IMG/VR virus record: IMGVR_UViG_3300043788_000040
Span: 1-64,000 of that record
DNA from: a virus
Length of the DNA: 64,000 bases
Strand: one strand, 5' to 3'
Shown: positions 44,084 through 53,250 of the stretch, in pieces
How the letters are laid out: the number at the start of each line of letters is the position of its first letter
Position numbering within the stretch: position 1 is the stretch's first letter
Translations under genes and position numbers: made by a program
The notes under the pieces: generated by a model
What the model saw: only the letters and a program-made list of their open reading frames with translations
Databases searched by the model: none
What the model was told of the DNA's origin: nothing

Positions 44084-45775
44084 GTGTCAGACACAGCCGA
44101 AAAACTTGTCCAGATCAAGAACCTGACCTCCGAGCGTTCCACCAACCTGCGTGACCATTTCCCTTTCGCCGAAGTGCGTGGCAATCAAGAGGCGACTCTT
44201 GACAAGCTGGCGAAGTGGACTTCTTCTCCCCAAAAATTCTTCCTCTTGGAAGGACCGACTGGATTCGGAAAGTCGCCCGTTGACATTGCCTGTGCGTCGC
44301 ACGCAAAGACTCTGCCGGGCTACGGCACATTTGAACAGGGCGCATACATCCTGACACCGCAGAAGACTCTTGCCGAGCAGTACATGAAGGATTTCCGTGA
44401 TCATGGTTTGGTTGAACTGAAAGGGCGCTCCAACTACACGTGCAGCAAGTGGAGCCAGATCACGGGCGAGGAAGTTGATTGCGAGACGGGCGGCACCCTC
44501 AATGAATCCACCGGGCTGGACGAGAAATGCACGTCCTGCCCCTACCGTGCTGCGAAAGACAACTTCATTGCGCAGCCCTTCGGCACCACGAATTTCGCCT
44601 ACTACCTGAACGAGACGAACCACGCCGGGGAACTTGAGAACCGCAACATGCTGATCTTGGACGAAGGGCACAACACCGAAGATCAGATTCTCAGCCTGAC
44701 CGACACCGAGATCAACCAACGCCGCTGCGATGAATACGGCGCAGGGAAGTTGCCCATCTTTGACGCCGGGGACAACGAAGCCGTCCTGCGGTGGCTTGAC
44801 AACACGTTTGTTCCAGCAGCCAACATCCACGCCTTCAAGCTGGCGAAGGCTTTCAAGGAATCACGGGACGACGAGCGCATCAAGGTTGTACGCAAGCAGA
44901 AGGCGCTGGAAAACTACCTTTCCCGAATCCAGATGTTCAGCAACTCCGCAGACCCCGGCGAGTGGTTCGTGTGGTCTGACTGGTCTGTGAACAAGAACAC
45001 TGGCAAGAGCTACGGCACTGGCGACCTGTTCATCAAGCCGCTGACCGCCCGGCTGTTCGCTGACAAGCTTCTTTTCTCCAAGGCGCAGAAGGTGCTGATC
45101 ACTTCCGCAACCATCCTTGACTTCACGACCTTCATGCGCAACCTTGGCATTGACAAGAACAACGCACAGGTGCAAGCGGTGGATTCCGAGTTCCCGGTTG
45201 AGAACCGCCCGATGTTCTACCGCCCGGTCGGCAGCATGTCGTACAACAACATTGACAAGACACTGCCGCTGATGGCGCAAGAAGTTGAAGCGCTGCTGAC
45301 CCGCTACATGGGGAAGAAGGGCATCGTCCACACCAACTCGTACAAGGTCAACAAGTACATCACCGAGTATCTGATGTCCACGTCACACGCCTCCCGCATC
45401 ATCACGCATGACAATTCTCGTGGCGCACGTGAGGCGGCGCAAGTGAAGCACCTGACGTCAAAAGAGCCGACCGTTTTGTTCTCGCCTTCCATGACCGAAG
45501 GCTTGGACTTGAAAGAAGATTTGAGCCGCTTCCAGATCATCTGCAAGGTGCCGTATCCGGCGCTTGACCCTTACACCCGAGCACGCATGAACCGTGACAG
45601 CCAGTGGTATCAATGGCAGACGGCGCTCAAGCTGGTGCAGGGCACCGGGCGCAGCGTGCGCAGCAAGACCGACCGGGCGCACACCTACATCCTTGACGCC
45701 GACTTCGCCAAGTTCATCCAACAGAACAACCGCACTCTTCCGAAGTACTGGCTAGACGCAATCATTTGGGGATAA
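44084..45775 (+). CDS. DinG/XPD-family helicase
   Basis: EGPTGFGKS, LKGRSNYTC...CPY Fe-S motif, DEGH, SAT, EGLD, QGTGRSVRS. Confidence 0.9.
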   Translation: MSDTAEKLVQIKNLTSERSTNLRDHFPFAEVRGNQEATLDKLAKWTSSPQKFFLLEGPTGFGKSPVDIACASHAKTLPGYGTFEQGAYILTPQKTLAEQYMKDFRDHGLVELKGRSNYTCSKWSQITGEEVDCETGGTLNESTGLDEKCTSCPYRAAKDNFIAQPFGTTNFAYYLNETNHAGELENRNMLILDEGHNTEDQILSLTDTEINQRRCDEYGAGKLPIFDAGDNEAVLRWLDNTFVPAANIHAFKLAKAFKESRDDERIKVVRKQKALENYLSRIQMFSNSADPGEWFVWSDWSVNKNTGKSYGTGDLFIKPLTARLFADKLLFSKAQKVLITSATILDFTTFMRNLGIDKNNAQVQAVDSEFPVENRPMFYRPVGSMSYNNIDKTLPLMAQEVEALLTRYMGKKGIVHTNSYKVNKYITEYLMSTSHASRIITHDNSRGAREAAQVKHLTSKEPTVLFSPSMTEGLDLKEDLSRFQIICKVPYPALDPYTRARMNRDSQWYQWQTALKLVQGTGRSVRSKTDRAHTYILDADFAKFIQQNNRTLPKYWLDAIIWG

Positions 45776-45787
45776 AGGACTTACGGC

Positions 45788-45817
45788 TAGACAAAATCCC
45801 CCACCCTGCTGTATACT
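45788..45817 (+). promoter_or_regulatory. Early-type promoter TAGACA-N18-TATACT
   Basis: Member of the repeated promoter family. Confidence 0.6.
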
Positions 45818-45838
45818 ATAGCTGGAGGAAACGACCAA

Positions 45839-46489
45839 ATGATTAAAGCCTTTGACAAGTCCAACCTGAAAACGCTTCGTGCCGACATTGACGCTGCCTT
45901 CGCAGCCATCCGCCAGAAGCATGGCGTTTCCATCTCCATCGGCAACATCAGCTACAGCCCCGAGAAAGCCACGAGCCGACTCACGTTGGTCGCCGTTGGT
46001 GACCCGAGCCTCGCCAGTGACCCCCGTGCCGCCGCCGCCGTCAAGATGCAGGGCGAGTTCAAACTCTACGCCCCGTCCTTCGGACTCACGGCTGAGCAGT
46101 ACGGTGCGATCATCAAGCACGGGCGTGACACCTACAAGCTGGTCGGCTTCTCGCCACGCTCCCCACGATTCCCGATTCTTGCGACGAACATTGCGAACGG
46201 CAAAACCTTCAAGCTGCCCGAGTCCGCCATCGTCAGCTTGCAGAGCAAAGAGCACAAGGAAATGTTCGGCATCACGTCCTCAACAACGCCAACCGCCTCG
46301 GGTATGTGCTCCAACGACAACGCCTACGACGACAAGTTCAACCCCATCGGCAAGTGCAACCGTCCGGCGACCACGAGCCGCAAGGATGGCTTCGGTCGCC
46401 CCGCCCGGATGCAGCCCTTCTGCACCAAGTGCGCCGAACTGATTGACGAAGCTACTGCCGAAGCCCGTGCGGAAGGGCGAGCGTCCTAA
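45839..46489 (+). CDS. Hypothetical early protein, C-terminal Zn finger
   Basis: GGAGG RBS; C..C...CTKC. Confidence 0.7.
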   Translation: MIKAFDKSNLKTLRADIDAAFAAIRQKHGVSISIGNISYSPEKATSRLTLVAVGDPSLASDPRAAAAVKMQGEFKLYAPSFGLTAEQYGAIIKHGRDTYKLVGFSPRSPRFPILATNIANGKTFKLPESAIVSLQSKEHKEMFGITSSTTPTASGMCSNDNAYDDKFNPIGKCNRPATTSRKDGFGRPARMQPFCTKCAELIDEATAEARAEGRAS

Positions 46490-46629
46490 TGGACGTCGCC
46501 TCGGCTGTTTTCGCTTACCTGTTCTTCGTTGCTGCCATCTTCGTGGCGTACTATGCGATGAAGTTCACGGCGATGCGCCGGGAGCAACGTGAGGAAGCTG
46601 CCAAGCGCCGAGCAAAGATGAAATCATGA
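46489..46629 (+). CDS. Small single-TM protein (46 aa)
   Basis: TAATG coupling; hydrophobic N-terminus, basic tail. Confidence 0.5.
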   Translation: MDVASAVFAYLFFVAAIFVAYYAMKFTAMRREQREEAAKRRAKMKS

Positions 46630-46823
46630 CCGAACCTAAGATCACCGTTAACGGAGTGGAACTCAGCGTCGGGCAAGCAATGACCCTGCGTGTAGCCCTC
46701 ACCAGCTTCATCTTCGGCATGAAGGAAGATGGGCTTGGCGACGACGAGCACGGCATCGCCATGGCAAGCGGGTACATTGACCGAGGCAGCGAAGTGCTTC
46801 TGCTGATGTTGGGGCAACGATAA
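46626..46823 (+). CDS. Hypothetical protein
   Basis: ATGA coupling; ITVNGVELS.GQAMT.RVA. Confidence 0.6.
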   Translation: MTEPKITVNGVELSVGQAMTLRVALTSFIFGMKEDGLGDDEHGIAMASGYIDRGSEVLLLMLGQR

Positions 46824-47029
46824 TGGCTCACGAACTGTTTGACATTTGGGAGGTTGAAGAACTCGTTGAGTACCCTTGGCGTGCTCAGCTTATCAACTAC
46901 GTGGGGCAGTTTGCCACGAAGGAACTGGCAGAGCGCTACGTCGCTGCGGTGGTGAAGGCAAGGGCGCAGCAGGAGAAAACGCAGTACATGGAAGCCGCCG
47001 AGATGCCCCGAAAGAAAAACGTCAAGTAA
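46823..47029 (+). CDS. Hypothetical protein
   Basis: TAATG coupling. Confidence 0.6.
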   Translation: MAHELFDIWEVEELVEYPWRAQLINYVGQFATKELAERYVAAVVKARAQQEKTQYMEAAEMPRKKNVK

Positions 47030-47048
47030 AACCCCGTATTAGACCTGC

Positions 47049-47372
47049 ATGCTGACCCACCGCCAGCGAAAGCGGCTCCCCAAAATGAAGGACATCGCCA
47101 TGATGTGGCGGGCGCTTCAAGGCTCAATTCCCATGGACGTGCAGCCTTACCAAGGACTGCGTGAGTCGTACCGGGGGGTTGTCAACTACAGAATTGCGTC
47201 AGCCACCGCCGAACGCGAGTGGACGGTGGATGTCTATCATGGTGGGTACTTTGTGGTTACCGCACGAGGCTACACCCAGCCCTGCCCCACCATTCCTTCC
47301 GCTATCGGACATCTCAGACGTATGTTAGGATTGAGGGATGTACATCGCACGCATACCAAAGCACGTTCCTAA
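47049..47372 (+). CDS. Hypothetical protein
   Basis: Follows the GTATT motif. Confidence 0.5.
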   Translation: MLTHRQRKRLPKMKDIAMMWRALQGSIPMDVQPYQGLRESYRGVVNYRIASATAEREWTVDVYHGGYFVVTARGYTQPCPTIPSAIGHLRRMLGLRDVHRTHTKARS

Positions 47373-47616
47373 ACCGCTGCTGCCCGGCCTCAAGGTCGGG
47401 GGGCTTGTCAAGACCATCACCGCCGACTATTCACAGGCGAAGAATAGCTTTGAAACGAAGCTCCTCCCGGCTGGCTCCCTCGGCAGGGTGAAGAAGATTT
47501 GGGACTTCGGTGCGCTCGCCGGGCGTGGTGGTCGCCGCTTCTATTGCGAGGTCAAGATTGAGGGGCATCCCATCACCAGTTTCTATTCGGAAGAGCTTGT
47601 CAAGGTGCGTGTCTGA
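47338..47616 (+). CDS. Hypothetical SH3-like protein
   Basis: LKVG.LV...G.V..I...YSEEL pattern. Confidence 0.5.
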   Translation: MYIARIPKHVPKPLLPGLKVGGLVKTITADYSQAKNSFETKLLPAGSLGRVKKIWDFGALAGRGGRRFYCEVKIEGHPITSFYSEELVKVRV

Positions 47617-48203
47617 TGGCGAAGAAGAGAAAGAAGAAACGTGGAACGATTGTCCCGATCCACTCCAGAGAGGAGTTAGGGAAGGTGCTTGCAATCCAGC
47701 AAGCTGTGTCCGACCGGGCACGACATGAACTGGTGAGCAGCAACCCGGCGACGCCAAAAGAGTTCGTTGAAATAGCCGCTAAAACATTGGAGAAATACGC
47801 ACGCTACTCCACTATGACCGAGTACCAGTTCGCACCGAACCTCGCGGACAGTGAAAAATGGGGTGCGACATTCGGCGTGACAGCCCTCGTGGGTGCGCTG
47901 ATTCTTGAACACGCTCGCAGGCTGATGGGCGTGCGTTCCGACCTGATGCTGGAATACCTGCGCTTCCTTGACACCCTCGCTGAACCGGGCGGCGGCAGCA
48001 TTGACATGAACGCCCTCAATCGTGTCTTCGCCGTATTGTCCGAAAATTACGGTATAGTTTGGACAAACGGTGACAGCCTGTCGCTGACAGTCGCCGGGAA
48101 GCGGGTCTACCTGCACATGCTGGACGCGGCGAAGTTCGTGGAGGAGGCGGTCAAGGCACACCGAAAATTCAAGGAATCCAAGGAACCGAGTATTCCCCTG
48201 TGA
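47616..48203 (+). CDS. Hypothetical protein
   Basis: TGATG coupling; 195 aa. Confidence 0.6.
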   Translation: MAKKRKKKRGTIVPIHSREELGKVLAIQQAVSDRARHELVSSNPATPKEFVEIAAKTLEKYARYSTMTEYQFAPNLADSEKWGATFGVTALVGALILEHARRLMGVRSDLMLEYLRFLDTLAEPGGGSIDMNALNRVFAVLSENYGIVWTNGDSLSLTVAGKRVYLHMLDAAKFVEEAVKAHRKFKESKEPSIPL

Positions 48204-48721
48204 TGCGTCGAATCTACCTAGCTGCGCCATTTGACTGGATAGGCCGGATGAAGGTCTATGCGGAGCAGCTTCGTGCCCTCGGCTTTGAGGTCACTTCACG
48301 CTGGCTGGACGAGCAGGACAAGGGTGGCGACACCGACCTCACCGACGCGGATGGCGGCACCCAGCTTGACAAAACCGAGCTTGCGATCAGCTTCGCAGTG
48401 CGTGACATCCGCAACATCCTCATCGCGGACACCATCATTGAGTTCAACCCAGGTAAGGCTCTCGTGCGTAACACACGCTTGGCGGAATTCGGCGGGGCGC
48501 TGTTTCTCGGTAAGCAGTGCATCGTAATCGGCCCGGAAAACCCAAAGCACAAGAATCGCATTGATACGGTCTTCTGTCTCCTCGGCGAAGGCTCCATCCC
48601 AGAGGACTTGGCAACGGCGGGAATTAAACCCGTTAAGCATTACGATACGTGGGGAGATTTCCTTGAGTTCGCTGTGATGGAGGCTGCTAAGAAAAATGGG
48701 ACTGCCGTACCTACCACATGA
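48200..48721 (+). CDS. Nucleoside 2-deoxyribosyltransferase-like protein
   Basis: IYLAAPF, GFEVTSRW, DI..I..AD, EFG.A...GK..IVIG. Confidence 0.7.
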   Translation: MMRRIYLAAPFDWIGRMKVYAEQLRALGFEVTSRWLDEQDKGGDTDLTDADGGTQLDKTELAISFAVRDIRNILIADTIIEFNPGKALVRNTRLAEFGGALFLGKQCIVIGPENPKHKNRIDTVFCLLGEGSIPEDLATAGIKPVKHYDTWGDFLEFAVMEAAKKNGTAVPTT

Positions 48722-48995
48722 TCTGACGACCAAGACTGTCTGCCTCGCCATCAGCATGCTGATGGCTCTCTTCATGTACATTCCTCTGTTCAGGCGATTC
48801 GCTAAGCGTCACCATACCCGTGATCTCTCAAAGACTTTCTGCTGGCTCAATTTTGCAGTCCAAGTGAACAACGGCGTGCTGGCATTTTCGGAGCATGCTC
48901 CTTTTCTCGTTTTCTGGTATTCGGTGCAGACCGTTACCACGGGAATTACTCTGTGGCTGGTCTACAAATACTGGGACTTTCCCTCCCCAAAATAG
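48696..48995 (+). CDS. SemiSWEET/PQ-loop-like small transporter
   Basis: Three TM helices; YIPL......H.TRDLS pattern. Confidence 0.55.
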   Translation: MGLPYLPHDLTTKTVCLAISMLMALFMYIPLFRRFAKRHHTRDLSKTFCWLNFAVQVNNGVLAFSEHAPFLVFWYSVQTVTTGITLWLVYKYWDFPSPK

Positions 48996-49038
48996 CCCCA
49001 AAATACTCACTACGGAACCCTCCTAAGGAGGCATTCAC

Positions 49039-49203
49039 ATGACAATTCTCATCGGTATCCCCAGCGTTATCACCGCCGCACTCACTTGGTCCCACGCAGC
49101 GGTTGCAGTAATCGGTGCGGTTGCGCACAAAATCTGGTCAAAGCTCGTCGGAGCCGAAAAGGCTGCCGCGGCCGAGATCGCAAAGCTCAAGTCCAAGGTC
49201 TAA
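49039..49203 (+). CDS. Small hydrophobic protein (54 aa)
   Basis: Strong RBS TAAGGAGG; followed by a terminator. Confidence 0.65.
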   Translation: MTILIGIPSVITAALTWSHAAVAVIGAVAHKIWSKLVGAEKAAAAEIAKLKSKV

Positions 49204-49227
49204 CTCCTTTCTCAACCTGATCAAAGG

Positions 49228-49258
49228 AAAGCCCGCCATGTGCGGGCTTTTCGTTTTT
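49228..49258 (+). terminator. Intrinsic terminator
   Basis: AAAGCCCGC/GCGGGCTTT + T tract. Confidence 0.75.
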
Positions 49259-50072
49259 GCGGTATCATGTCTATGTGACCGAATCACTGACAGAATACCC
49301 AACCATCCCGCTCATCCTTGAACGGGTGCCCAAGCGTCACAACGTCCTGATCGGCAACGATCCCATCCAGGTACGTTTCGCTGAACAAGTCCTCTCCATG
49401 CACCACGGCGTTCTTATCAGGCATGAGCAGGTTCCCGAGGTACGTGACGAGATGGTTCTCGGTAAGGACGAGCCTACGCTTTACCTCGTGGATGTCGTCC
49501 AACAGGTTGACCTGTCCCCGGCCGTCAAGGCTAAGACGGGGGTGTGGTCGCTTGATCTGATTGAGAAGGGCAGCGCCGGGATCAACGCCATCATCCGGCA
49601 TGCGGTCAAACTGCTGGGTATTGCGAAGCCGACCAAAGAGGTCATAACGAAAATCGGCAACGATCTTGTCAAGGACAGCGACCCCAGCAAACGGTATCTC
49701 TTAACCGACATCCGAGCCGCTGTCTGGTATGCTGCTTGGCTCCTAACTGGGCCTGCGGAAAGGAAACTGTCGTGGGTTGCGCCGTGGGAGAACTGGCAGA
49801 CGTGGCTCCCACAAGGGGGCGATGCGCCCTACCGCCTCAACTCTCTGTACTGGGAGCTTGTGAGGTGGACGTTCGCCCAGACTGGAGACGAGCGTGGCTA
49901 CCGTAGGACCGGAGGAAGCTGGGACCCTAAGCGGTTCCAGAAGCTAACAACGCTCCAGCTACCGAAGGACAAGGTCTACGACACCCTCACGGTGCTTTCA
50001 GCTTGGCGGGCACACGGATACGACCCCTACGTGTGCGTGATCCGCATATCAAAAATCTGGGTGACCCAGTAA
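49257..50072 (+). CDS. Hypothetical protein (start uncertain)
   Basis: 271 aa ORF with phage-like codon usage. Confidence 0.6.
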   Translation: MRYHVYVTESLTEYPTIPLILERVPKRHNVLIGNDPIQVRFAEQVLSMHHGVLIRHEQVPEVRDEMVLGKDEPTLYLVDVVQQVDLSPAVKAKTGVWSLDLIEKGSAGINAIIRHAVKLLGIAKPTKEVITKIGNDLVKDSDPSKRYLLTDIRAAVWYAAWLLTGPAERKLSWVAPWENWQTWLPQGGDAPYRLNSLYWELVRWTFAQTGDERGYRRTGGSWDPKRFQKLTTLQLPKDKVYDTLTVLSAWRAHGYDPYVCVIRISKIWVTQ

Positions 50073-50117
50073 ACTCGCCTCCTTTTTCCCTTTGTTTCCG
50101 TGAGAACGCGGTATTAC

Positions 50118-50486
50118 ATGGCAGAGGGAAACATGTCAACTGGAAAATCTAAGGCTGGTCGCGAAGATTTGGTCGGGCGGGTGCAGGCAGCCCTCAACCT
50201 GACCACCAAGAAGGAAGCCGAGAACATCGTGGACACGGTGATTGAGGCTCTTGAAGCAACTCTGCTGGCGAACCTCTCCACCGACAAGTTCTCTCTGAAA
50301 CTGAATTCTTTCGGGAAATTCACAGTTAAGCACAAACCCGGTATTTATCGGAAGATACCCTTCACCGGGGAAACGAAGATGACGAGCGCTAAGCGCAAAG
50401 TCAAGTTTGTGACACTCGGTGAACTTCGGAAGAAGGAAGTGGTATCCCAAACTGACACCGAATCTAACACCCAAAAGGAAAACTAA
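50118..50486 (+). CDS. HU/IHF-family DNA-binding protein
   Basis: EAE.IVD.V...L, LNSFGKFTV, PFTGE, VKF....L. Confidence 0.85.
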   Translation: MAEGNMSTGKSKAGREDLVGRVQAALNLTTKKEAENIVDTVIEALEATLLANLSTDKFSLKLNSFGKFTVKHKPGIYRKIPFTGETKMTSAKRKVKFVTLGELRKKEVVSQTDTESNTQKEN

Positions 50487-50488
50487 CT

Positions 50489-51394
50489 ATGGCAATGAAC
50501 ATGCAAACGTTTGACGATGATTTTGAATCAATCCCGACAGCAAAGGCTGGAACGACCGCAGCGGCAGCAACAGCAACCGCCACGGCTCCGGCAGCCCAAG
50601 CAGGAAACGCATCAGCGGTTCCGGCAAAGTCCACCCCGCCCGCCAAGGCAGCCGCAGCCGAAGAGGAAACCTCTCCGAAAGGCACGACTGTAGACGACAA
50701 CGAGAACCTCTCCACCGACTTTGACGACGAGAAGGTCTACGCTCGCCCCGGCCAACTGAACCGTGTCCGCCCCGATAAGGGCAAAGCTTCACGTTTCGCA
50801 TTCATCCCGAAGGAATGGGTTGCTCCGCAAACCGCCAAGTCCCACTGGGTAGACACGACCCGTGACGGCAAGGCAACAAAGGTTCGTGTGCGCTGCCTCA
50901 CCCCCATCGGCGCTGAAGGTGAGCAGGCATTTTGCTGCACCACCCTCGGAGAAGACGGCAAGATTGAAGTGGTCGCACTGGTTGTCCACTATACCAACGC
51001 CGACCCCGTAACTGGCAAGTACGAGAAGGACAAGGACGGCAACTTCCCTCCGGTTGAGTTTGAGATCGGATTCGTTGGTCTGTCCGGCTTCAACATGCGC
51101 CAGATCAAGAAGCTCCCTGATGAAGACTCCACCCCGTTCAAGATTGACATCGTGATGACTCACGCTGACGGTCGTGCATTCGGGTACGAATTCAACCGCA
51201 AGTCCAACACCCCACGCTGGACGCTGGACCCAGAAGTTGCAGCAAAGGTCAAGGCGGCAGCACAGCGCTTCCTAGACGGTAAGGCGCTGCGTGGAAAACT
51301 CGGCCAGAAGATGAACGAAATCGAGTGGAAGGCACTGCTCTCCGGCAAGAAGGTCGGCGGCGACGCAACACTCGGAAACGTGGAAGAACTGTAA
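50489..51394 (+). CDS. Putative single-stranded DNA-binding protein
   Basis: Acidic; H..C..CC motif; located among recombination genes; own terminator. Confidence 0.5.
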   Translation: MAMNMQTFDDDFESIPTAKAGTTAAAATATATAPAAQAGNASAVPAKSTPPAKAAAAEEETSPKGTTVDDNENLSTDFDDEKVYARPGQLNRVRPDKGKASRFAFIPKEWVAPQTAKSHWVDTTRDGKATKVRVRCLTPIGAEGEQAFCCTTLGEDGKIEVVALVVHYTNADPVTGKYEKDKDGNFPPVEFEIGFVGLSGFNMRQIKKLPDEDSTPFKIDIVMTHADGRAFGYEFNRKSNTPRWTLDPEVAAKVKAAAQRFLDGKALRGKLGQKMNEIEWKALLSGKKVGGDATLGNVEEL

Positions 51395-51418
51395 ATCGGC
51401 TGTACATCGGCAGTACCG

Positions 51419-51450
51419 GGGGGTCGGGCAATCCTGACCCCCTTTTTCTT
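51419..51450 (+). terminator. Intrinsic terminator
   Basis: GGGGGTCGGG-CAAT-CCTGACCCCC + TTTTTCTT. Confidence 0.75.
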
Positions 51451-51459
51451 GGAGGAACA

Positions 51460-51702
51460 ATGTCTTATTACACTGTAGATGTAGATTCCGGGGGGACTTT
51501 AGGAAAGATCAAGTTTATCGAAGAAAAGATTGAACTTGGCGACGTGTTCCCACTGGAGGGTAAGGTATACCGTGTGAACTATGTGCTGATTGCGCACCCT
51601 GTTGGGGCAGCTTTCGGCTCAGAGGAGAGGTACTTGCGCGTCACCGACCTGGGAGCAGGACGCCTTGTCCTTCCAGATGTCCGTGTAGAGGCGAGGGTTT
51701 GA
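51460..51702 (+). CDS. Hypothetical protein
   Basis: GGAGG RBS. Confidence 0.6.
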   Translation: MSYYTVDVDSGGTLGKIKFIEEKIELGDVFPLEGKVYRVNYVLIAHPVGAAFGSEERYLRVTDLGAGRLVLPDVRVEARV

Positions 51703-51950
51703 TGGCAGCTTATACACTCAGCCATAATCAAGGCGGTCGTTTTTACGCCGTGCAGCTTGAGATCGTAGGTTCAGACGGACCCGGCGAAATGGGACAATTG
51801 GACAGCGATCCCCGCAACGCGAGGGTAGGCGACATCATCACTTGCGAACATGGAGTTTACAAAGTCCGTCCCGGTGGCAGGCAGATACTAATCGGTGATG
51901 CCCTTGCTAGTCCTTGCCATCTCAAGGTGGAAAAGGTTGAAAATCTGTAA
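51702..51950 (+). CDS. Hypothetical protein
   Basis: TGATG coupling. Confidence 0.55.
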   Translation: MAAYTLSHNQGGRFYAVQLEIVGSDGPGEMGQLDSDPRNARVGDIITCEHGVYKVRPGGRQILIGDALASPCHLKVEKVENL

Positions 51951-52392
51951 GGATTGTGGGCAGGACGAAACGACGGTGATTTTTCCGAAGAATCGTTTGG
52001 TGTGTCGGGAGTGTTTTAACAAGAAGCTTAAGGCTTACCCCTCTCAACAACGGTCATTCCGCGCACCGTACCTGCGTGACTGGCGCATCAAGAATCCGTT
52101 GAAACAGCGTGAGTACGATCTTCGTGCCAGCTATGATGCGACCCCGGAACAGGTAGATGTGATCCTCGCTTGGGATGGCGGGCCTTGTTCCGCGTGCGGG
52201 AAGCAACTGTTGAAGTTCGGAACGGGGTTGGACGAAGCCTGTATTGACCACGACCATGAGACTGGGTCTTTGCGCGGGATCATTTGCGGAGCCTGCAACA
52301 GGGCGATGGGGCTTGTGAAGGACAGCGTTGAGCATCTGAGGCAGTTGGAAGCCTATTTGCAGGGAGAACGGTTATTCTCATACTGGGCCTAG
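51937..52392 (+). CDS. Endonuclease VII-family HNH nuclease (possible homing endonuclease)
   Basis: CKDC..CREC, CSAC, IDHDHETG.LRGIIC..CN..MG. Confidence 0.85.
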   Translation: MKICKDCGQDETTVIFPKNRLVCRECFNKKLKAYPSQQRSFRAPYLRDWRIKNPLKQREYDLRASYDATPEQVDVILAWDGGPCSACGKQLLKFGTGLDEACIDHDHETGSLRGIICGACNRAMGLVKDSVEHLRQLEAYLQGERLFSYWA

Positions 52393-53123
52393 ACTTTGAG
52401 ACGACAGGACTGAACATACCGACCATCGGCGTGACGGAAATCGGTATGGTTCTTTGGGACACAGACCTGAACGCCCCCGTCAAGCTATTCGGCACCCTCG
52501 TTGATCCAGCCCCATACGCCGTGTGGGAGCCGGGCGTTGAAAAGGTCAACGGTCTGACTCGTGAAATCTGCGCCAAGTTCGGCATGGAAGATGAGAAAGC
52601 CCTCAAGACTGTGCTCTCGTGGTATGGGAGCGCGGACGTTGCCTGCGCTCACAACGGCAACGCTTTTGACAAACCCCTGCTTGAAACGTGGGCGACTAGG
52701 TACGGCCTCGATGCCCAGAAGAGTAAAGTTTGGCTTGATACACGGGCAGATTTAGAGCGCCCGCCACGTGATAGCCATCGCCTCGGCTACATGGCGTCGG
52801 ATCACGGATTCCTGAATCCCTTCCCCCACAGAGCTATGTTTGACGTCATGACCATGCTCACAATTCTGACAGCCCGTGACATTTCAAAGGCCCCGCCGAA
52901 GTACGATTTGGACTCCGTCTTGGTTGTGGCAAAGTCTCCGCTTCGTGTTGTGAAAGCTCTGGTTAGCTTTGACCAGAAAGAGGCGGCGAAGACACGGGGC
53001 TACCATCCGATTTACGAAAACGGGAAGTTCAACCGTTGGGAACTTGAGGTCAAGGAATGCAATCTTGAGAAGGAACGTGAGGCGGCTCGCCTCGCGGGAT
53101 TTGAAATCGAGATTATTCGATAA
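52374..53123 (+). CDS. DEDDh 3'-5' exonuclease (DnaQ-like), probable non-canonical start
   Basis: LDFETTGL (upstream of the track start), AHNGNAFD, HRAMFD. Confidence 0.8.
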   Translation: MLILGLDFETTGLNIPTIGVTEIGMVLWDTDLNAPVKLFGTLVDPAPYAVWEPGVEKVNGLTREICAKFGMEDEKALKTVLSWYGSADVACAHNGNAFDKPLLETWATRYGLDAQKSKVWLDTRADLERPPRDSHRLGYMASDHGFLNPFPHRAMFDVMTMLTILTARDISKAPPKYDLDSVLVVAKSPLRVVKALVSFDQKEAAKTRGYHPIYENGKFNRWELEVKECNLEKEREAARLAGFEIEIIR

Positions 53124-53250
53124 ACCGATTGGTTCAATCAACCTTTTGAATTTGCCAGTGTTAGCTAGAAAACTGGCTTTCTAATCCCCTAATCAAGTGC
53201 TAGTATTTAAGTTGAGACGCACGTCGTGGCGGAAGCCACATTGGGGAAAT

